A DNA stretch of 64,000 nucleotides, from the IMG/VR virus record IMGVR_UViG_3300033978_000217, positions 1,818-65,817 of that record; one strand, 5' to 3'. Under the pieces are notes generated by a model. It ran no database searches and was not told the origin of the DNA. It saw only the letters and a program-made list of their open reading frames with translations. The position numbers were made by a program, and so were the translations under genes. This document shows, one piece after another, positions 19,861-28,800 of the stretch; within the stretch, counting starts at the first letter, position 1; every line of letters begins with the position of its first letter. Source of the DNA: a virus. Taxonomy: Duplodnaviria; Caudoviricetes.

Positions 19861-22800
19861 ATGGCAAATTTACAAGACCTCTTTAACGAAATACAAGCTG
19901 ACTCTAGAATTTCAAATCCTCCTACATTTGAAGAGTTTCAATCAAAAATGGAAGACCCTGCTTTTGCAGAAAGAGTTAATGAAATATTAGGTAGAAACGG
20001 TTACGATGTAAACGCTTACGAAGGCTTAAAAAAAAAAGAGGAGTCTATGGTCGAATCTGCTCCGCTATCTCAGTCGGAATCAGAGCAGCCAAGCGAGACT
20101 ACAGAGCCAACCCAGATGGGTGGTATTGAGCCTGTAGGGGAAGTTGTAAGTGAAGATCCACAAGCAGAAACAGAAGAAGATTTAGATCCGTTAAACGCGG
20201 ACCTTTCTGCATATAACTTAGAAATTAAAACCCCTCTTTCTTTAAATCAAAACGCTCCAATACAAGCTGCTCCTCAACAACAAAATGTGACGGAAGGTTC
20301 AGTTATGAACGAGTCTTTAGATACTCCTAAGCCTGTAAATAAATACAAGAACAACGACATTATTAGTTTAGCCAAGAACGCTAAAAATAAGTTTATAAGC
20401 AAACATATAGACCCTATTTTTTCTCAAGCTAAACAAGCTACGGCTCAATTTGATCAAGAGATTAAGCCTGAAGAAGAAGCTATTTCTCAAGTTGAAGAAG
20501 GAGGCCCAGGAGACCCAAAAAGAAAAGATGTTAAAGATGCGGCAACCTCTCTATACAACGAGATGGATGACCTTAACTACAAAACAGCTTCTAGAGTGTT
20601 AGGTGACACTCGTGTTCTTGGTGTTAAAATGGATGGAGATAACTACGAGGTTGTTTTCGCCAACAACAAGATGGGTGGTGGTGACCAAGGAAGGTCATAT
20701 AAAGGCAAGGTGGGAGATGTTACATGGGAAGGTTATATTAGCAATGCCATTAACTCATCAGACCTTTATAAAGACGATGAGTCTTGGGAAGACTTGAAGA
20801 GTGCTGTTATTACTCAAGACACATATTCTCCAGAACTAGAAGGTAAAAAATTATCGCCAAGTTTTAATAACAATTTAGCCTCACATAAATCAAAATATTT
20901 CCCTCAAGGAAGTTTTGGTCAAATTACAGGCACCGTAACTATTCCCAAGGAAAAAAATAAGGAAGAAGAGGCTTCTTTTGGTACTGATCTAAAGCGTTTT
21001 TTTGAAAAGGTTAAGGTTAAAGTTAAGACCCAAAACATCATAAGTAAAGAGGACGAGGAAAGGAAGGAATATAACATCGCTGAGGAGACTATTCCTAAGA
21101 CGGAGTATGTGATGGACACCGAGCAAACTTTCTACAACAGCCTTAACAATACTCCCGAGACAAACGCTATAATGCAGGAGAACGCCCTTAGCTTTAGCGA
21201 CATTTTACTCCCATCAAGTAAAAACAAAGAGACTGTGATGGAGGGCATCAAATTGTTTCTTGCTAAGGCTGGTTATGATGAAAATGAAATCAATCAAAAG
21301 TTAGGTGTTATATACAAGCAAATGTTGCGTGACGCTAGATATCATGCAGCGGAGCAATACATTAGACATGAGATTGAGAACGGAAATAAGACATATAAGT
21401 TCCAAGACATTGACCGCTTAAACCAAGCAAAAGAAAAGGGTATAGACGAGTTAATGGGTGACGAATCTTTGGTGACCCAGTCTGACAAAAACTTTGTGTC
21501 CAATGTTTGGGACATTAGTTTGTCTGACTATATTAACCACTACGATGCTAAGGCAACGGTACGAGGTCGTAACATGGACATTAAAAACATCCCGGGTAAA
21601 GTGTCTGCCTACACCGCCCGAATGAATGAACTAGAGGCTCAAATAGAGGCTGAGAAAGTTAAACTGCAAATCCCTTCAAAGGAGCAGTTGTCAGAGACGG
21701 TGAAGGGTCTTAAATCAACTAAGGATAAAATTGATGCTTATGACGCTCAGTTGTCTAAAATGGAAGAGGATATGAACTCTCTTCTTGTAGATCAGGACGG
21801 TCAAAAGTATTATAAAGACGAGGCTTCAAAAACAATATACGAAGAACTTGTCGCTCAATCAGAAAAAATTTTAAACGAAAGAAATGCCTTAGTAGAACAA
21901 AACAAGGCCGGGTCTCAAGACATTGAAAAGGTAAACCAATTCCAAAACAATATTTCTCGCCAATTAAAAGAGTATGAGGCTCTAAGAAAAAAACTTAATT
22001 ACTACGATGATGACCCAGACTTGTTAGCAATGAGAGGGTTGTCAAACACGTTGACTTCTATTCAAAACTACGAGAGCGATAAATCAGCAGGAATAAAGAA
22101 TGACTTGTATGACTTCCAAGACTACAGAGAAAAGGTAAGACAAGATGACGAAATCGCTAGAAAAGAAGCCGAGGATGATAATATGCTAGAGGCTGGTGGT
22201 AAAGGACTAGTGGGAGGTTTTGCTAACGCTCTTATTGGCATCTCAAAGACAGGTATGTACTTAGGTCAGGTGTTAACTGACGAGGACTCGGATCAGAAGG
22301 AATGGACTGGTGGTGATGAGTTACTAGCAGCTACAAGTCAATTGCAAGAAAACGTAGGGCAATGGGCATCTAATCCTTACTATGAAAAATGGGGGGTAAA
22401 TTGGTTTGTAAATGGTGTGGGAGGGGTAGTACCTGACTTAGCAGCTGTTTATTTCACAGGCGGTGGTGCTGGATTTGCAGAACTAGCCACTACAAGGGGA
22501 GCAATAGGAGCTGTAGGTAAAATAGCTACTAGTCCAACAACCGTTTACTTTACAGTAAGATCTACAGGTGACTATGCTGAAAGACTGCAAAAGGCAGGGT
22601 ATTCTGCAGGAGAGGCTTTTTTAGGCGGTGGGTTAATTGCAGGTACGGAAGCAATGTTAGAAAGTTTGTTGCCTTCATTTTTTAATACAACGGAAAGCAT
22701 AAGCATTAAGTCTTTTTGGAAAAAAACAATAGAAGAGGGTATTGCTAAAAAACTAGCACCTGAAGTAATTGCTCGTCAACTTAAAGAGGGTACTATCGGT

Positions 22801-25800
22801 ATAGCTAGAAATTCTGGGAAGTTAATAACTACAAACACATTTAACGAAAAAATTGAAGAGGGGACTCAAACTTTATTTACAGAGGTAGCTTTTGCCGGAG
22901 CAACAGATGAGACCATCCAAATATTTGACCCTAAGACAGGGGGCATGGGAAAGACACTTGAGGCTGTTACAGAGGCTTCTGCTATAGGTGGGGCAATGGG
23001 ACTTGTTGGGTCTAGTGCAAAGGGTATAAGAACCTTAATAAAAGAAAAGGCTAACAATACGACATTAAAGTTAACCCAGTTACAGATTGGAAGGAAGTAC
23101 ACCGAAATCATTAATGAAGCGGATAGACTTTCAAAAGATTTTAAAGGGTCAGAGGTAGAAAAGGAATACGAGAAGATTAATAAGGAGTATAAAAAACTAA
23201 GTGCTAATCCAAACTTTTTAGAATATGACGACTTAGCTCAGTCAGAAGTTTTGGACAAGTCACTTGCTTTAAACGATTTAAAAGAGGCTCAAAAAAACTA
23301 CGAGAGCCAAAATATTGTAGACGTTAAACTTAACAATCAGATAGCAGAAAAAGAAAAAGAGTTAGTCTCTATCATTAACACCGCACAGGAAAATACTGAC
23401 GTTCGTAATGATATGAACAAACAGTTGGAGGAAATTGGCGTTAAGTCTTTTACATTAAATGCTAACGGAGAAGTCAACGGAATTACGTTTGATGAATGGA
23501 CAACCTCAGAAGAAGAAAAGGAAAGTACAGAAAAGGCTATCGAAATAATAGAAAAAGTATATAAACCAAAAGCACAAGAAAATGCCGTACAAAAGTCAAG
23601 CGCAACAGAAGTTCTTCCACGCCAACAAGGCGAAACTACAGAGACAGGGGGTAAACGTGAAGGAGTGGGATCAAGCGTCCAAGGGCAAGGTACTACCCAA
23701 GAAGTTGGGAAAGAAGAAATAGTAGCGACTCCCAAGGAGGCGAAAGAACCGGAGGCGATGCAAACTGACATCGACCAAGTTCAGCAGTCGACAGGCACTG
23801 TTATTAATTTAAACGAGGACGGAACTCTTACTATCAACGCCCCTCAAAGAGGTGGTCAGTCTAAAAAAGCTGCGGCCATTGAGAACGCTAAACAAGAGTT
23901 GGCAAACCTCGGGTATAACGTAGAGAGTCGAGTTGCACAACCTACGCAACAAGAAGTTGCACAAGAGGAAGGACAAAGAGAATTTACAGACGAAGAGTTT
24001 GGAAATACTATAAAGGAGACTGAGGGTATGGGCGTAGTAGCAGGAACTCAGTCAATGAATGACTTGCAGAAAAGAACTGCTCAAGATCCTAAGAAGGGTA
24101 AGATTGTTGCCCAAGCTTCTCGCGCAGTTAATGCACTCAAGTCCCTCTTCCCGAACATGAACATTGTTGTACACGAAAGTGATGAGTCGTACAACAAGGC
24201 TATGAACACTTTGGGAGGTACTGTAAATACTCGTGGTCAGTTTGTTTACAAACCTTCAGCGGACGGAAACATCCAAGGTGCTGTTCACATTAACTTAAAC
24301 AGAGCGAACTCAAGAACAATTGCTCACGAGGTTGCTCACGCTGCTCTCCTAAAAATGTTTAAGGGAGACGGAAAGGTGTTCGGAAACTTTAAAGACAAGT
24401 TAAAAGACATCGCCAAGGACCAAAAGATGACCATCACAGACAAGGATGGCAACGAGGTAGAAACTACATGGGGAGATGAGGCAGAGAAGTTATCTAGCAG
24501 ATATCAGACAGAGGATCAGGCTGAAGAATACTTGGCTGAACTTGCAGGTCTTGTTGCAGAGTTAGATTTAGATAAACCAGTTAACAAAAGCATACTTCAG
24601 AAGATTGCTGACTTCATCAACAACTTTATCTTGAGTAACCCTCAACTAAAGGCACTAGGAGTAAAGCCAATCAGCGACACATCTTCTGCGGAAGAGGTGT
24701 TAGAGTTCTTTGACACTCTTGGTAAGAAGATATCGAGAGGAGAGGAAATTAAAGAATTTGAAGATGTAAACTCTCTTGGTCTTAGTGGTGTAGTTAATGT
24801 GTCAGAGGGTGTTAAGTCTAAAAGTTCAATAGACTCTGGTGAGATAAAAAGGTTTCCTGTCAACCCAAACACAAGGGTTGAAGAGGATGTGCCTTTAGAA
24901 AGATTCAATGGGAAAAGAGTTAACCTAATGGAGTCGGATCGAATGACAGGCGGTTACATAAGCGACTCTGAAGGCAACCCCTTGTTCAAATTTTATGGAG
25001 GCGTATTCTACCCTATAATTACAGGAAAGTGGTGGGCCTCAAGAAACAAAATAAAGGCAAAAGGCATCGCTGAAAACGCGAATAAAAATAGAGACAAGGA
25101 CGGATATATTTACTCCGCGCCTATGATCGGGTCTGACAAACAGCATATGAGCAACACAGATATGTTGACTGTAACTGTTGAGCTAATGAAGTTTGACGCC
25201 AACTCAAAAACATCTAAGGTTAAAAAGGCTGACGTTATAAGTTACATAGACAAGGCTTTTAGCAACAAGAGTGTCCAGGGTAAAAAGGCTGTTGTGAAAA
25301 CCGTTTTGAAAAAGTCAAACAATATAAACGAACTATTTAACGAGTTAGAGTTTGTGTTATTCCAAGAGGGGGATAAGATATTAGACAAGAAAGGAAGTCC
25401 GATATTAGACGAAAATAAAAAGCCGATATCAAACTTTACGTTTGAGGAAAGACTAGCTATAGTTAATTCTATTTTAGGAGACCCGAAAGTAAAAGAGGCG
25501 AGATTTCCTTCAGCAGGGTCTATATCAGAGGCAGCTAAAAGGTTTGAAGAGCCTATTACGGCAAAGGCTAATAAGATAGGTGACTTGGTTACCATAATGA
25601 GAACTAAAGGCACTTTACAATATAAAACATCCGAGGTTAATGATGACTTTTATCACAAGTCTTACCCGGAAGAAATTTATGCCGTTAATGAGGACGGGTC
25701 TCCTGCCGAGATTGAGGTCTATGTTTTAGAAGGTGCTTACAGCATGAACGATGTTTTACCCTCTTTAACTCAATCTAGTGGAAAAGAATTTACTTGGGAC

Positions 25801-28800
25801 GAGTATTTAGAGAAACACAAGTCTGAAAATTTAGCAATAGCTCAATACAACAGGACAGCCAAGTTAAGTAGTGCGTCTGGTGAAATCAAGACAGGCGTTA
25901 AGACAAAGTCTCAAATGGATGACGTTCAGCGTACAGCGCAGATGTACAACATGAACGATCAGGGATTCTTCCCAAAGAACGCTGACGAGTATAAGATCAA
26001 CAGAGACTTTGAAAGATTTGGCTTAAAGGCAAAGAGAGCAAACGCTTCTAGTTGGGGACCGGGTTCTCTCTACCTAGTTAACCAAGCAGGAAGAAAGGTT
26101 AATCCATTTAACCGACCTAAAGGTAAATCTCAGTTGTCGGATGATGAAGTTGATCAAGTTTTGAAAACATATCCTGATCTAAAAACAACTCAAATTGTAG
26201 ACGAGAATGGTAATCCTTTAATAGTTCGTCACCAAAGTCAGACAGATATTGATATTAATAATATGTCTGATAAAAACAAGGGAGGTATAAGAGACATCCT
26301 AGGTAGAGAGTCTAAAGATAAATACGGAATATATTTTACTACAGAAAGTGCAGAGTCGTTGAAAGATATGTTTGACAAGACTGGTAAGGGTAAAACATAT
26401 GAAGTGTTTTTAGATGTCAAAAATTTATTAGACTTAGGAGACACTCATTACTTTAATTTTGAAACAAACAAGCCTGAGCAACTATCAGATGCTGTTGTAA
26501 AAAATTCTGATCAATATTTAGATGTAAGAGATATGTCTAAAAATGATGTAGATAGAGTTAAAGCTTTGGGATATGATGGTATCTGGGGTAATAGAAACGA
26601 AGGTAATTATAAAGGAATAGACGAGATTGTTGTATTTGACAAATCTCAAATCAAGCCTGTTCCAACAGGAATAGTTGCCAAGTCTCAACTTTCAGATGAA
26701 GAGTCAGAGCCAAATCAAATCAGCAGTAGTGAACGTAAAATTATTGCAGATAGAGTTAAGGCTGAAATTAAAGCTGCTCTTCAAGGCCGTAAGGAAGGAA
26801 AAAAAGAGGGGATAGAACAAGCTAAAGAACAAGCTCAAAAAACTATCGACTCTTTAAACAAGAAATTAGAAGAGGGCAAGATAACTAAACAAGAGTTACA
26901 AGACAAAATTAAAGAGCTTGGATACAATGTGAGATGGCAGGCGGCTGAAGCAAGACTCGCTGGGGAAATAGAAGGTAAAAAAGCAGGTCGTGCAGAGGGT
27001 CGTAAAGAAGGTATCAAAGAGGGGGTAGAAAAGGGTAAAGAACAAGCGCAAAAGACTATCGATGCGTTGAATAAAAAACTTGAAGAAGGTAAAATAACTA
27101 AACAAGAGTTGCAAGACCGAATCAAGGAGCTTGGTTACAACATTCGATTTGAGGCAGGTGTTGCTAGACTTGCAGGAGAGAGGACTGGAAAGTCTATGGG
27201 TAAGAAGTTCGGAGAGTTTGTTGGTTACTTTAAAGGACTGAAGGCAGGAAGAACAGAACAAAGAGGTTTAGGTGCTTTGGTATCTGAATATATCAAAGAT
27301 GTAGTAGACAACGAGTTTGGTAAGAAGGGTTCTATCTCCCCTGCCACATTGAAGTCTATCTCTCGCAGAGCAGCTACCATCTCTAACCAAAAACAATTGG
27401 ATGCCTTTGTTTCTTACTTAGATAAGATCATTGCCAACAGAAGATTGGCAGAAGGAATCAATGAAATCCAAAAACAACAAAAGAAGTTGTTGAACAAGAT
27501 TGGTTATCAGTATACAACACAAATGAAGCAGTTTGCGAAGTTTGATTTGTATACAGCAGATGGTGACTTGGCTTTTGACATGAACACTTTGGAAGAATAC
27601 TTAGACGCTCTTCGTGATTTAACTAGCGATAGAGTTCCTAAGATTGGCAAGATGATGGAATTGTTTGATGAAATGTATGACATCAATCTACAGAACCAAC
27701 CTGCACCTAAGACTGCAATTGACTCACTTAATGAATGGCAAGTAGCAGTAAATAAGTTGTTTAACACCGCTAAGGATATCATCGTTGAAAACAACGGAGT
27801 AGTTGACCTAGCCGAATCGTTTCAAAACTATAGAGCGTTTAAATCTAATGTAAAGAAATACACAAACGCACTTGATGAGTTATTAGTCACAGGCATGATT
27901 AGCGAATCTGACTATGAAAGGATGTTTAATGATGTTATTGAAAAATCTGCTGTTACAGATACTTACGCTACTGAATTCCAAGACCAGATAGATGGGTTGA
28001 AGAAGATGCTGATAGACGGTATCACAGACAAAGGTGACTATGGGTTAATGGATTCAATCAAAGACTGGTTGAGCAACTCTCCTAACACATTTACGGAAAA
28101 TCAAAAGAAATTGATTGACCAGTTAATGAGAGCAAAACCTGATAATTTGATGACGTTAAGTCTTGAAGACCTTGACTTGTTAAATCAAGTTACTGCTCAA
28201 ATTGCAGAGGCTGGATTTGTTGACGAGAAGAATTTAAGAACCTTGTTGGATCGTGCAGAAATCAGAGGCAACGAGATCGGAAAGAGTTTGGCTGAACAGG
28301 CTAAACAAACAAAAGGCTTGTTTAGAAAAGATAGATACTCTAACGCTAAGAACGGATTCATCAACATGATGAATGACACCTTAGGAAAGAGTGTTGTATT
28401 CTGGGAGTCTCGTCTAGGAATGAAAGAGAACGGTCCGTTTAGAAAGCATTTAGTAGACCCAATCGTAAGGGCAATTAATGGATGGGAGAAAGACTCTCAA
28501 CGAATTCTAAAGGACTACCAAAAGAATGTTGAGAAACTTAGAAGCCGAAACATTTTAAAGAATGTTCCGGGTATTGGTAAGTTTATCAACAAAACTAAAA
28601 TTGAAAAGTTCAAACTAACCTCTGACGGAAATTTAGTGCCTGACGGAACAATTAAAGTTTCAAAAGACGCTTATGACAGAGTAATGATTGGAGTTGTTGG
28701 CCACATCCTTGACAACGCTTGGAACGCCAAACAGAAAAAGAAAACTGTAAGCGACTGGTTAGGTAAGCAGATGCTTAGTGCTAAGGTGAGAAACAACATG

